A stretch of DNA of 64,000 nt, taken from Thomasclavelia sp. GTDB taxonomy: Bacteria; Bacillota_I; Bacilli_A; Erysipelotrichales; Coprobacillaceae. The DNA is taken from the NCBI GenBank assembly GCA_028749475.1, contig JAQVWN010000001.1, forward strand, positions 79,945 through 143,944. The letters are read 5' to 3'. The notes below the pieces were generated by a model that saw nothing but the letters and a program-made list of their open reading frames with translations, did not search any database and was not told the DNA's origin. Made by a program: the position numbers and the translations under genes. This document shows, piece by piece, positions 8,534-18,641 of the stretch. Numbering within the stretch: position 1 is the stretch's first letter; every line of letters begins with the position of its first letter.

Positions 8534-10687
8534 ATGGAACTATCACAAATTAAATTGACTCCTAATAATGTCTATAAGATTAATCATATAAACGTTAAAG
8601 GGTGCAGACAAATGAGTATTAGTGTGATAGTTACAGACTTATTAGTACCTGAATCTTTTTTTGCGTTCAGCGATAATAAACAAATCGATTTTACTTTTAA
8701 ACTTTTAGCAAAAAACAAATTAGAAATAGAAATACCCGTACCAAATAAATCTAAAAAAATAACATTAGCATATCTTAATGAAGGTAAATATTATAAACTT
8801 TATCAAAAGAAAATTAATTGGTTATTGAAATTTTATCAATTTTTACATTCTATTATATCTAAAGTTGGGCGTTTATGTTTACTCTTTTCTAGAGGAATTA
8901 GATTCTTATGGAGAGAGCATCATTTTCTTATACCTCTTAGTCTTTGGAAAGACTATCTTAAGAGATTTACTGGTAGAGTAAATAGTAAAGGGGAAGTATT
9001 ACTTAACCCTTATATTCAATCTGACTATTTAAAATGGATTGAAGTATTTGAGACGAAAGATACAATAGAAAAGCAACAATATGAGCCATTATTGTCTATC
9101 ATAATACCAGTGTATAATGTTGATGGATCTCTTTTGAGTGAATGTTTAGACTCGGTTTTAAATCAATCTTATCAAAATTTTGAAGTATGTATTGTGGATG
9201 ACTGCTCAAGTAAAGAAGAAACACTTGAAACGTTAAAAAAATATGAAATGATAGATTCAAGGATAAAGATAAAACATCGAACTAGCAATGGGCATATTTC
9301 TAAGGCCTCAAATGATGCAATCGCAATGGCACAAGGGGAATTTATATGTTTATTAGATAATGATGATACTTTAGCTATTGATGCATTATACGAAAATGTA
9401 TTGGCATTAAATCATAACAACAAATTAGATTTAATATATAGTGATGAAGATAAACTAGATTTAAAGGGGAATCGTTGTGACCCTCATTTTAAACCAAATT
9501 TTTCTCCAGATACTTTATTAGGTTTAAATTATATTACTCATTTTACAGTTATTAGAAAAACATTAGTTGAAAAGGTTGGCGCTTTTGAAGTTGGACTAGA
9601 AGGTGTTCAAGATCATGATTTGTTTTTAAAAATCACAGAAAGTACTAATAATATATATCACATTCCTAAAATTCTATATCATTGGCGAATGATTGAAGGA
9701 TCAACTTCTTTAAACATTGATAGTAAAGGCTATGCTATAGAAAAAGGAATTAAAGCAGTCAACAATGCTTTAGCAAGAAGAAACGCTACTGCAAGAGTAG
9801 ATAGTGCTAATAAATCAACTGTTTATAAGGTGGAATACACATATTCTAAGGAACCATCTGTTTCTATTATAATTCCAGTGAAAGATAACGCAGATGTTAC
9901 CCGTAAGTGTTTAGAATCTATCTATGATAAGACTGATTATAGTAATTATGAGATAATTATAGTAGATAATAGAAGCTGCGATGAAGATACCTTTACCTTG
10001 CTTAAGCAATATGAAAACAAAGGAAACTTTAGAGTTATTAAAGCAGACTTTGAATTTAATTATTCAGCAATTAATAATTTAGCTGTTAAAGAGTCAAATA
10101 GTGATGTCATTTTATTATTAAATAATGATACGAAAATCATATCATCAAATTGGTTATCTGTTATGGTTGGTTATGCAATGCAACCGCATATTGGTGCAGT
10201 TGGACCAAAACTGTTATATCCAGATAATACCATTCAACATGGTGGAATCATATTAGGCCTTTTCGATTCAATTGCATATCATGCTTTTTTAACTAAACCA
10301 AGGGAAGATGTAGGCATTGTCGGTAGATTACTTATTCCATATGATTTTGCGGCTGTTACAGGGGCATGTTTAGCTGTTGAAAGAAAAAAATATGAAAAGG
10401 TTCAAGGATTAGACGAAAGTTTAGCTGTTGCCTATAATGATGTAGATTTCTGTTGTAAACTACTAGATGCTGGTTATTACAATGTTCTTGTTCCTCAAAT
10501 AGAGTTATATCATTATGAATCCAAATCACGAGGACTAGATACAAAGGGAGAAAAATATAAGAAATTTATTACTGCTAACAACTATATGCATAAAAAGTGG
10601 GATAAATATATTTTAAATGATCCGTATTATAATCCTAATTTTAGTAAAAACGGAGCTTTTATGTTAGAAAGAGAAAGGAGTGTATAA
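8534..10687 (+). CDS. Large glycosyltransferase with two tandem GT2 domains and an N-terminal beta-rich domain plus hydrophobic helix
   Basis: Two GT2 signatures: LSIIIPVYNVDGS...VDDCSS...LDNDD, and VSIIIPVKDN...IIVDNRS...LLNNDT. ATG 8534 preceded by GGAG. The ORF-track TTG at 8504 overlaps the permease gene. Confidence 0.85.
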   Translation: MELSQIKLTPNNVYKINHINVKGCRQMSISVIVTDLLVPESFFAFSDNKQIDFTFKLLAKNKLEIEIPVPNKSKKITLAYLNEGKYYKLYQKKINWLLKFYQFLHSIISKVGRLCLLFSRGIRFLWREHHFLIPLSLWKDYLKRFTGRVNSKGEVLLNPYIQSDYLKWIEVFETKDTIEKQQYEPLLSIIIPVYNVDGSLLSECLDSVLNQSYQNFEVCIVDDCSSKEETLETLKKYEMIDSRIKIKHRTSNGHISKASNDAIAMAQGEFICLLDNDDTLAIDALYENVLALNHNNKLDLIYSDEDKLDLKGNRCDPHFKPNFSPDTLLGLNYITHFTVIRKTLVEKVGAFEVGLEGVQDHDLFLKITESTNNIYHIPKILYHWRMIEGSTSLNIDSKGYAIEKGIKAVNNALARRNATARVDSANKSTVYKVEYTYSKEPSVSIIIPVKDNADVTRKCLESIYDKTDYSNYEIIIVDNRSCDEDTFTLLKQYENKGNFRVIKADFEFNYSAINNLAVKESNSDVILLLNNDTKIISSNWLSVMVGYAMQPHIGAVGPKLLYPDNTIQHGGIILGLFDSIAYHAFLTKPREDVGIVGRLLIPYDFAAVTGACLAVERKKYEKVQGLDESLAVAYNDVDFCCKLLDAGYYNVLVPQIELYHYESKSRGLDTKGEKYKKFITANNYMHKKWDKYILNDPYYNPNFSKNGAFMLERERSV

Positions 10688-10688
10688 C

Positions 10689-12650
10689 ATGCGATATAGA
10701 ATAGATGAATGTGTTATTGGTGGTATTCACAATCCGACTCTTTTTATAAATGGATGGGTTGAAAATGATGCTGATAAATTAATAGTTAAAAATGGTAATC
10801 AAGTAATAGCCACCCAAGAAATAATAAAATATCGTTCAAAGCTAACTACTTTTAACTATACCATTAAGATACCAAAAGAAGTAACTAAGCTAGATGTGTA
10901 CTTTTGTAATGATTTAAAAGAAATGAAGATATCTGAAATTCATACTAGTTCCTTTAAAAGAATTGGGCATAAGATGATACATAAATACAAAATCTTTCAA
11001 GGAATAATTTTTACAAAGATGAGAAGACAAAAAAAAGAAAGAAAAGCCTTCTACAAAAATGCCATAAATATGAAAGATGATGATGCATACAATGAATGGC
11101 TTAAAAAACATGAAGTCTTTGAGCCAATCAAAGATTATGAATATAGTCCTAAAATTTCTATTATTATGCCAGTTTATAATGTACCAGGAAAGTATTTAGG
11201 ATATTGCTTGGATTCCATTCTTAATCAAACTTATCAAAACTTTGAAATATGCATTGCTGATGATTGTTCTACAAATAATGATACTGTTGAAACGTTACGT
11301 AAATATATGAAACAAGATAAAAGAATTAAAGTTGTATTTCGAAAAGAAAACGGACATATCTCAAGAGCTACTAATTCAGCTTTAGAATTAGCGACTGGTG
11401 AATATATTGGTTTAATGGATAACGATGACAAATTGGATATTCATGCATTAAATGAAGTAGTCAAAGTTCTTAATGACGATAGAACAATTGATTTTATTTA
11501 TACTGATGAAGACAAAGTTGACATGGAAGGAAACCAAAGTGATCCCCAATTTAAACCAGATTTTGCTTTAGATACTCTATATGGAGGAAATTATATTTGT
11601 CACTTCAGTGTCATTAGAAAAACGTTAATAGACTCTATTGGAGGATTTAGAAGAGGATATGAAGGAGCACAAGATTTTGATTTATTCCTTAGATTAACTA
11701 ATGTAACTAAGAAGATACATCATATATCAAAGATTCTATACCATTGGCGGATGATCCCTGGGTCAACAGCAGTTGGTGGCGATGGTGCAAAGAATTATGC
11801 GGCTGATGCTGGTAAAAAAGCATTAGAAGATTATTTTAAGCAAAAGAATATAAAGGTAAATATAGATAATGTTATTAGTACACAATATTTTGTGGAATAT
11901 TTAGATGATTCTAATCCTGAAACAATGATTTTAATTATATCTGATGAAGATGTTGAAGCAACTAAAAAATGTATTGAATCAATTAAACACGAAACATTAT
12001 ATCAAAACTATAAAGTAACAATTATTTCAAAGCATAAAATGCATGTAACAAATGATAGTATCAATGTTATTCATACTGATAACCTAGTTACAGGAATTAA
12101 AGAAGCTGTTAATAACTGTGAATGCCAAAAATATGTAATTATGAATAATCATAGTAAAATAATTACTGTAGATTGGCTAGATGAAGGTATAGGATATTTA
12201 AGCAAACCAAATGTAGGAATAGTTGGATGTAAAATTATTAATCATCAACAAGTTGTTGGTAGTGGTATAATATTCAATTCAACTTTGGTTAATGCTTTTG
12301 CCCCATCACATTATTGGGACTATGGTGCTTATGGATCATTACTAGTTCCTTATAATTATAGCATTATGGAACCATTAGTATGTTTTATAAACAAAGATTT
12401 ATTGAATAAAATCAACGATAATTATTCTTTAGATTACGCTTTATATGATTTATGTCTTCAAAGTGAATTAGAAGGTAATCATAATATATTTGTTCCTCAA
12501 ATTATTATTGAAAACAATATGAGAATTAAATTTAATGAAAATGAGAATAAAACTTTAAATAATAAGTATTGTAACTATAAAGATATTTATTATAATTCAA
12601 ATTTGTCATTAGAGAAACCATATACTCTAACAAAGCAATCAATTGAATAA
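10689..12650 (+). CDS. Paralogous large glycosyltransferase: intact first GT2 domain, divergent second domain
   Basis: First domain ISIIMPVYNVPGK...ADDCST...MDNDD aligns closely with the upstream paralog. The second domain lacks the corresponding acidic motifs (IISKH in place of VDNRS; MNNHS in place of LNNDT). ATG 10689 follows AAAGGAG. Confidence 0.8.
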   Translation: MRYRIDECVIGGIHNPTLFINGWVENDADKLIVKNGNQVIATQEIIKYRSKLTTFNYTIKIPKEVTKLDVYFCNDLKEMKISEIHTSSFKRIGHKMIHKYKIFQGIIFTKMRRQKKERKAFYKNAINMKDDDAYNEWLKKHEVFEPIKDYEYSPKISIIMPVYNVPGKYLGYCLDSILNQTYQNFEICIADDCSTNNDTVETLRKYMKQDKRIKVVFRKENGHISRATNSALELATGEYIGLMDNDDKLDIHALNEVVKVLNDDRTIDFIYTDEDKVDMEGNQSDPQFKPDFALDTLYGGNYICHFSVIRKTLIDSIGGFRRGYEGAQDFDLFLRLTNVTKKIHHISKILYHWRMIPGSTAVGGDGAKNYAADAGKKALEDYFKQKNIKVNIDNVISTQYFVEYLDDSNPETMILIISDEDVEATKKCIESIKHETLYQNYKVTIISKHKMHVTNDSINVIHTDNLVTGIKEAVNNCECQKYVIMNNHSKIITVDWLDEGIGYLSKPNVGIVGCKIINHQQVVGSGIIFNSTLVNAFAPSHYWDYGAYGSLLVPYNYSIMEPLVCFINKDLLNKINDNYSLDYALYDLCLQSELEGNHNIFVPQIIIENNMRIKFNENENKTLNNKYCNYKDIYYNSNLSLEKPYTLTKQSIE

Positions 12651-12663
12651 GACAGATAAAAAT

Positions 12664-12687
12664 GCTAGTATTAAACTAGCTTTTTTT
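12664..12687 (+). terminator. Weak intrinsic terminator or attenuator
   Basis: GCTAGT-attaa-ACTAGC followed by T7. Confidence 0.5.
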
Positions 12688-12700
12688 ATGAGGAGAATTT

Positions 12701-13660
12701 ATGAAAACTTCATTAGTAATGACTACCTATAATGGCGAAAAATATTTAGTTAAACAACTAGATTCTATTAGAAACCAAACAAAGAAATTAGATGAAGTAT
12801 ATATCTTAGATGATTGTTCTTTAGATAACACTCAACAAATACTCACTAAGTATGTTAATGATAATAAATTAAACTGGCAATTGTTTTTTAATAAATCTAA
12901 TGTTGGTTTTGTTGATAATTTTAAAAATGGATTAAAGTTAGTGACTGGGGATATTGTTTTTTTAGCTGATCAAGATGATATATGGCATAAAGATAAAGTT
13001 GAAACAATGTGTAAATATATGAATGATAGAATTCTATCATTAGCATCTAGTTTTAACTTTATTGATCAAAACGACACACAATTTACTATTAAAAGTTTAA
13101 AAAACAAATCAAATAATAATTTATTAGCAAAACCAGTAGAAGGGTTACTTACTGTAGTAACTTTAGAAGATTTATTACATCAAAATTTTGCACAAGGTTG
13201 TTGTATGGCTATTAAAAAAGAAATAGTAGACATATATCTCCAAGTTTCAAATGGACTTCTTCCTCATGATTGGGAATTAAATATCATTGCAGCCAGTAAA
13301 CAAGGATGTTGTTTTTTAAATGAATCGTTAATCGATTATCGTATTCATAATGATAATACAATTGGACTTGATGAAGTAATTAATACTAATGTTGTAACTC
13401 AAAAAGGGAAAAGAATTAACGAAAGATTGAAGCAGGAATTAGATCAAATTAAAAACGCTGACTTTGCTTTATCTTTAGATTTATCAAATACCGATAAACA
13501 ACTAGTTACTGAATTTAAAACTTATCAAATAAAAAGAACTAATAATATGAAAAATCATAAAGCATGGCCGATATTTATTTCAAAATTTAAAGGCCTATAT
13601 CATAAATTTGGGACAACTAAAACTTGGATTGGTGATTTGATTTCAATTTATAAAAAATAG
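12701..13660 (+). CDS. Family 2 glycosyltransferase (rhamnosyltransferase-like)
   Basis: TSLVMTTYNGEKYLVKQLDSIRNQT ... ILDDCSLDNT ... LADQDD: GT2 signature common in rhamnan/O-antigen loci. Confidence 0.8.
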   Translation: MKTSLVMTTYNGEKYLVKQLDSIRNQTKKLDEVYILDDCSLDNTQQILTKYVNDNKLNWQLFFNKSNVGFVDNFKNGLKLVTGDIVFLADQDDIWHKDKVETMCKYMNDRILSLASSFNFIDQNDTQFTIKSLKNKSNNNLLAKPVEGLLTVVTLEDLLHQNFAQGCCMAIKKEIVDIYLQVSNGLLPHDWELNIIAASKQGCCFLNESLIDYRIHNDNTIGLDEVINTNVVTQKGKRINERLKQELDQIKNADFALSLDLSNTDKQLVTEFKTYQIKRTNNMKNHKAWPIFISKFKGLYHKFGTTKTWIGDLISIYKK

Positions 13661-13672
13661 GGAGGGAATATT

Positions 13673-15622
13673 ATGTGGATAGATTATCTTAAAACTATTG
13701 TGTTTTTTCTTTTGTTTACGCTGTTTTGTTATTCATTTGGACTAGCGATAACAAAAGAAAATAAAAAACAAGAATCAAAATATCTATTAATTGGCTATTT
13801 TTTGTATTTGTTTCCGATTTCCATCTATGGTGTTATAGTTCAACTATTAGATGCTAGTTATATGATGTTTTTTATTCCATTAGTTCTTTATATAGTTTGT
13901 TTATGTATTTTTATCATTTATCGATTTAAAAAATATAATATTATCTTATTTAAAGATGGAGTGTTAGATTTTCTAAAAAGGTATTGGTTCTTTTTGTTCA
14001 TTATCGGATTTTTTATTGTTTGTATGTTATGTAATGTTGGGAAATTCTGGATTGATAATCTAACAGATGATGCCTACTATCTAGTTAAAGTAGGGTCACT
14101 TCCTTATTCTAGTCATCCATTTGTTACAGATCCGTCAACTGGGCAAATTATTAATGTTAGTTTTTCATATCTATTTAATAGTTGGGAAATTGAAGCATCT
14201 GCATATGCATTTATTTCGACAGCATTACCAACAATATTTATAAGGTTTGGTTTAAGTGCTTTTACAATGCTTATGATTTGCTCTGCAGTTCATAATTTTA
14301 TTTCTATTTTGCTTTCAAAACTAGGAAAAATAAAGGTGAAGGCAGAGACAATTCAATATTTAACGGTCATAATATGTGTTATGTTTTGTACTCTTGATTT
14401 TATTCAAAGTACTGGAATTAAAATAATTCTAGAGGATAATTGGAAAAACACTAATGCTTTATATTTTGGGTCCTCTTTTCTAAGATTGATTTCTCCATTT
14501 ATAATAGGTAGTTTTTTCCTTACCTATGAAAAACTTGGTTTTAAAGAAATATTAATATATTTGATTCTAGGGATGGATTTCTTGTCGAAATCATCTTCGG
14601 CTATTCCATTATTTGTTTTATGCGGATTTGTTTATTTATTGTATTATTTATTTGATAAAAAACATTATATTCTACTTTTTATAATAATATTTGTTTTTAT
14701 TGGAACTAATTTATTATTACCTAATAGTGATGCAATAAATGGATATATGTGGAACAATATTATGATAATGAATTGTTCTTCAATTTTGTTTTATGTAGGC
14801 TATTTATTATTAATAATTTATACATTTATAAAAAAGAATACTTTTTTAACTAAACTTACAATTCTTATTATTAGTTTATCAGTCCTTATGTGCGTTCCTT
14901 ATCTTAATAATATTAACAATTTATTATCAGGAGGATATTTCTTCCCTGTGGCTCGTAATTATTCGACAGTCTTTTATTTACTGGTCGTAGTTGGATTTGT
15001 TTTAATTAGTACAACAATTATTAAATATATAAAGCATAAAACACCTTTATTTATTGCTTTTTGTATAGCAATGAGTTCAATTTCAATTTATACTCAATCT
15101 AAGAATATAATAGGATCAGTCCCTAATGTTGATCTTATTAGATCAATTAGAACCATTTATCATAATCCACAACTTACTCCTGATAGTACTGTAGAAGTAG
15201 GTAGGCATATTAATATCATATCAAAAGATTTAGATGTTCCTTTAAAAGTAGTTACTTTATTTGGTATGACTTTAATAGATGGATATTACACATACCCAGC
15301 ATTAACGTATCGAATATATGCTCCTAATATAATTAATTATACTGCTGCATTTAGAATACATACTGATATAAAAATCATGGGATATAGTTATGAAGACCAA
15401 CAAGTCTTAACGGATTTTTCTCTTAATCCAAATATGGAAAAGTATAAAAAAGTAAAAAATATATTAGATAATAATAAGATGGATTGTATAGTTACAATGT
15501 CAAATACAGCCAAAAAGTATTTTAAAAAACTGGATTATCACCTCTATTCATATATTATTGATAATAATAAATCTGATAAATTTTACATCTATGTAAAAAA
15601 CGATATAATAACTAAAAAATAA
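13673..15622 (+). CDS. Large polytopic membrane protein with a C-terminal soluble domain; candidate GT-C-like extracytoplasmic glycosyltransferase or polymerase
   Basis: 649 aa with more than 10 hydrophobic segments. Acidic-aromatic loop motif NLTDDAYY (DD at nt 14066-14071). About 170 aa non-hydrophobic C-terminus. No family recognised with certainty. Confidence 0.45.
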   Translation: MWIDYLKTIVFFLLFTLFCYSFGLAITKENKKQESKYLLIGYFLYLFPISIYGVIVQLLDASYMMFFIPLVLYIVCLCIFIIYRFKKYNIILFKDGVLDFLKRYWFFLFIIGFFIVCMLCNVGKFWIDNLTDDAYYLVKVGSLPYSSHPFVTDPSTGQIINVSFSYLFNSWEIEASAYAFISTALPTIFIRFGLSAFTMLMICSAVHNFISILLSKLGKIKVKAETIQYLTVIICVMFCTLDFIQSTGIKIILEDNWKNTNALYFGSSFLRLISPFIIGSFFLTYEKLGFKEILIYLILGMDFLSKSSSAIPLFVLCGFVYLLYYLFDKKHYILLFIIIFVFIGTNLLLPNSDAINGYMWNNIMIMNCSSILFYVGYLLLIIYTFIKKNTFLTKLTILIISLSVLMCVPYLNNINNLLSGGYFFPVARNYSTVFYLLVVVGFVLISTTIIKYIKHKTPLFIAFCIAMSSISIYTQSKNIIGSVPNVDLIRSIRTIYHNPQLTPDSTVEVGRHINIISKDLDVPLKVVTLFGMTLIDGYYTYPALTYRIYAPNIINYTAAFRIHTDIKIMGYSYEDQQVLTDFSLNPNMEKYKKVKNILDNNKMDCIVTMSNTAKKYFKKLDYHLYSYIIDNNKSDKFYIYVKNDIITKK

Positions 15623-15633
15623 GGAGATACAAA

Positions 15634-16473
15634 ATGAAATTATTAGTAACAGGATATAAAGGACAACTTGGATATGATGTTGTCAATGAAGCAAAATCAA
15701 GAAACATCGAAGCTATTGGAGTTGATATTGATGAAATGGATATCACTGATAAGGCTTCTGTAAATAAAGTAATAAAAGAAGGGCACTACGATGCTGTAGT
15801 TCATTGTGCAGCCTATACAGCTGTAGATAAAGCTGAAGATGACATAGATACTTGTCGTAAAGTAAATGCTGATGGAACTAAAAATATCGTAGAAGTATGT
15901 AAAGAACTTAATATTCCAATTATGTATTTTAGTACTGATTATGTTTTCGATGGAGAAGGAACTTCTCCATGGAAAGAATATGATAAAAGAAATCCTTTAA
16001 ATGTATATGGAGTAACTAAAGCTGAAGGTGAAGAATATGTTGAAGCATATCCAAAACACTTCATTATTAGAATTGCTTGGGTCTTTGGTAAAAATGGGAA
16101 TAATTTTATAAAGACAATGCTTCGACTTGGAAAAGAAAGAGGAGCTGTAAGTGTAGTTAATGATCAAATAGGTAATCCAACATATACTTATGATTTAGCT
16201 AAGTTAGTAGTAGATATGATTCAAACTGATAAATATGGAAAATATCATGCAACTAATTCTGGAGACTTCATTAGTTGGTATGATTTTGCATGTGAAATAT
16301 TCAAACAAGCAGGACTTGATGTGGAAGTCACTCCTGTTGATAGCAATACTTTCCCAGCTAAAGCAAAAAGACCACATAATTCAAGAATGAATCAAACTAA
16401 GTTAGATGATAATGGGTTTAAACGTCTTCCTTCATGGCAAGATGCTTTAAGTAGATATTTGAAAGAATTATAA
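15634..16473 (+). CDS. rfbD: dTDP-4-dehydrorhamnose reductase
   Basis: MKLLVTGYKGQLG, AAYTAVDKAE, STDYVFDG and YGVTKAEGE motifs typical of RmlD. 279 aa. Confidence 0.92.
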   Translation: MKLLVTGYKGQLGYDVVNEAKSRNIEAIGVDIDEMDITDKASVNKVIKEGHYDAVVHCAAYTAVDKAEDDIDTCRKVNADGTKNIVEVCKELNIPIMYFSTDYVFDGEGTSPWKEYDKRNPLNVYGVTKAEGEEYVEAYPKHFIIRIAWVFGKNGNNFIKTMLRLGKERGAVSVVNDQIGNPTYTYDLAKLVVDMIQTDKYGKYHATNSGDFISWYDFACEIFKQAGLDVEVTPVDSNTFPAKAKRPHNSRMNQTKLDDNGFKRLPSWQDALSRYLKEL

Positions 16474-16497
16474 TCTTAGTTTTTATGGAGGGGTATA

Positions 16498-18630
16498 ATG
16501 ACTCAGGGAATAGAAAAAAGGAAAATAATAGAAAACTCTATAATTATGCTATTGTTTGTTTTTCTCTCAGCATTTTTATGGAAGTTTTATTCAAAAAGTG
16601 TATTAATTATAGTTGCTTTAATTTTAGTTATGCTAATGCTTGTAATTGATGTTATAAAGAAGGACTTTATCAATAATTTATTAACTAATGTAATAAAATA
16701 TCGATATTTGATTGCATTAATTTCATTTATCTTATTAGTTACTTTTAATGTTAATGGATCTAGTAATAATGAATACATAAATTATTTAGGACTAGATGAT
16801 TCATATGGTGATACAATGGTTTTAGGTGAGGCAAGAGCGCTTAGAAGTGATGAATATAAAGTACAATTGCCTTACTATTTTTCACAATATTATAACAATT
16901 ATAATCAAATTAGTAATCAAATGAGTATGTCAGGTCAAGATATGATTATTGGATATAATGCACCAGTAAAAGATATCACGATGTTGGCTAAACCTTTTAC
17001 AATTGGTTATGTAATATTTGGAAATTCAATAGGATTATCATGGTATTGGTGTTCGAAAGTCATACTGATGTTACTAGTATCATTTGAACTATGTAAAATT
17101 ATCACCAAAAATGACAAACTATCATTAGTTGGTATGTTATTACTTACCTTTGCTCCAGCTATGCAGTGGTGGTTTTCTCCTCACATGTATGATGTGTTTT
17201 TCTGGTGTACTACGCTTATTGTAGTAGGATATCACTTTTTTGTTCAAACCAAGAAAAAGTATAAAATACTTTTTACAATACTAGCGATACTTTCTTTAAC
17301 AGGATTTGTCCTAGCCTTGTTCCCATCTTTACAAATTGGTGTTGGACTTGTTTCTATAGGTATTTTAGTTTCATTATTATATAGAGACAGAGATAAAATT
17401 GAGTTTAATAAATGGATTATAATAAGAATACTACTTGTTATCTTAGGAATAGGTATCATGTTTATCCCATTTATTTTAAATGGAGGTCTTGATGCAGTAA
17501 AACTACTAAATAATACTGCCTACCCAGGACATAGAGTTTCCTTAGGTGGGGATTTCTCTTTTAATATATTATTTACAGATATCACGAATTTTCTAACACC
17601 TTATAAAGAATTAACATATATGAATAATTGTGAAATGAGTTCTTTTATTCATTTTGGCGTGTTTTTCCTTTTATATTATCCTTATATTTACTATAAGAAT
17701 AAAAAAATACATAATAGTGAAAGTCTTGCACTTGGGAACTTTTTATTTGTGTCTCTAATCATTGAAATAATATTTATGCTAGTTGGATTCCCTGAGTTCC
17801 TTTCAAAGATCACTTTGTTTTCCTACATTAATCGAATGAATTTAGTATATGGCTTTACGGCCTTTATTTCATCGATTTATTTAGTCAATTTATTAATAAG
17901 GAATAAAGACTTCATTAATCTAAAATACGGATTATGTGCAACTATCATATTTGGTGGTTTATATTATGTTAGTATTGATAACAATCAAATATCATATTTC
18001 CAAAGCGTTGTAGATACTTTTGTTTCCAGTAATTCTACTTTTGCTACAATAATTGCGATTGGATTAATTTCAATATTTATTTTAATGCTGGTTTCAGTAT
18101 TATTAAATAAGCACAAGTACTTTTATGTTTTGTGTGTTCTATCCATTATTGTTTCTGGATTTACAATCAATCCTATTGTCATAGGGAATAATGCGGTAGA
18201 TAATACAGAACTTGCAAAGGAAGTACAAAAGATATCAACAAAAAATAATGGACTATGGATTGCAGCTACAAATGATACTTTTTCAGGTAACTATTTACTA
18301 GCTAATGGTGCAAAAGTGTTTGGAGCAACTAATTTTTATCCAGATTATGGAAAATGGAAAATTATTGATAAAGATAAAAAATATGATGATTGTTATAATA
18401 GATATGCAAATATGAAAGTGGCTCTTGTCGATGAAAAAACAAATATGAATAATCCACATTCAGATGTAGTTAATGTAAATTTAAATTATAATGATTTGAA
18501 ATCTCTAAATATTTCTTATATTTATATTAATAGGGATATTTCTAGTGACCTTATTAAATATGATATTAAATCAAAGATTATTTATAATAATTCTCAAAAT
18601 AGTACTTATATTATAGAACTTAAATATTAA
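16498..18630 (+). CDS. Large polytopic membrane protein; candidate GT-C-like / YfhO-like extracytoplasmic glycosyltransferase
   Basis: 710 aa with many TM segments. Loop motif ALRSDEYKVQLPYY after the first TM block. About 150 aa soluble C-terminus. Directly upstream of the GtrB-like and GtrA-like genes. Confidence 0.45.
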   Translation: MTQGIEKRKIIENSIIMLLFVFLSAFLWKFYSKSVLIIVALILVMLMLVIDVIKKDFINNLLTNVIKYRYLIALISFILLVTFNVNGSSNNEYINYLGLDDSYGDTMVLGEARALRSDEYKVQLPYYFSQYYNNYNQISNQMSMSGQDMIIGYNAPVKDITMLAKPFTIGYVIFGNSIGLSWYWCSKVILMLLVSFELCKIITKNDKLSLVGMLLLTFAPAMQWWFSPHMYDVFFWCTTLIVVGYHFFVQTKKKYKILFTILAILSLTGFVLALFPSLQIGVGLVSIGILVSLLYRDRDKIEFNKWIIIRILLVILGIGIMFIPFILNGGLDAVKLLNNTAYPGHRVSLGGDFSFNILFTDITNFLTPYKELTYMNNCEMSSFIHFGVFFLLYYPYIYYKNKKIHNSESLALGNFLFVSLIIEIIFMLVGFPEFLSKITLFSYINRMNLVYGFTAFISSIYLVNLLIRNKDFINLKYGLCATIIFGGLYYVSIDNNQISYFQSVVDTFVSSNSTFATIIAIGLISIFILMLVSVLLNKHKYFYVLCVLSIIVSGFTINPIVIGNNAVDNTELAKEVQKISTKNNGLWIAATNDTFSGNYLLANGAKVFGATNFYPDYGKWKIIDKDKKYDDCYNRYANMKVALVDEKTNMNNPHSDVVNVNLNYNDLKSLNISYIYINRDISSDLIKYDIKSKIIYNNSQNSTYIIELKY

Positions 18631-18641
18631 AGGAGAACAAA

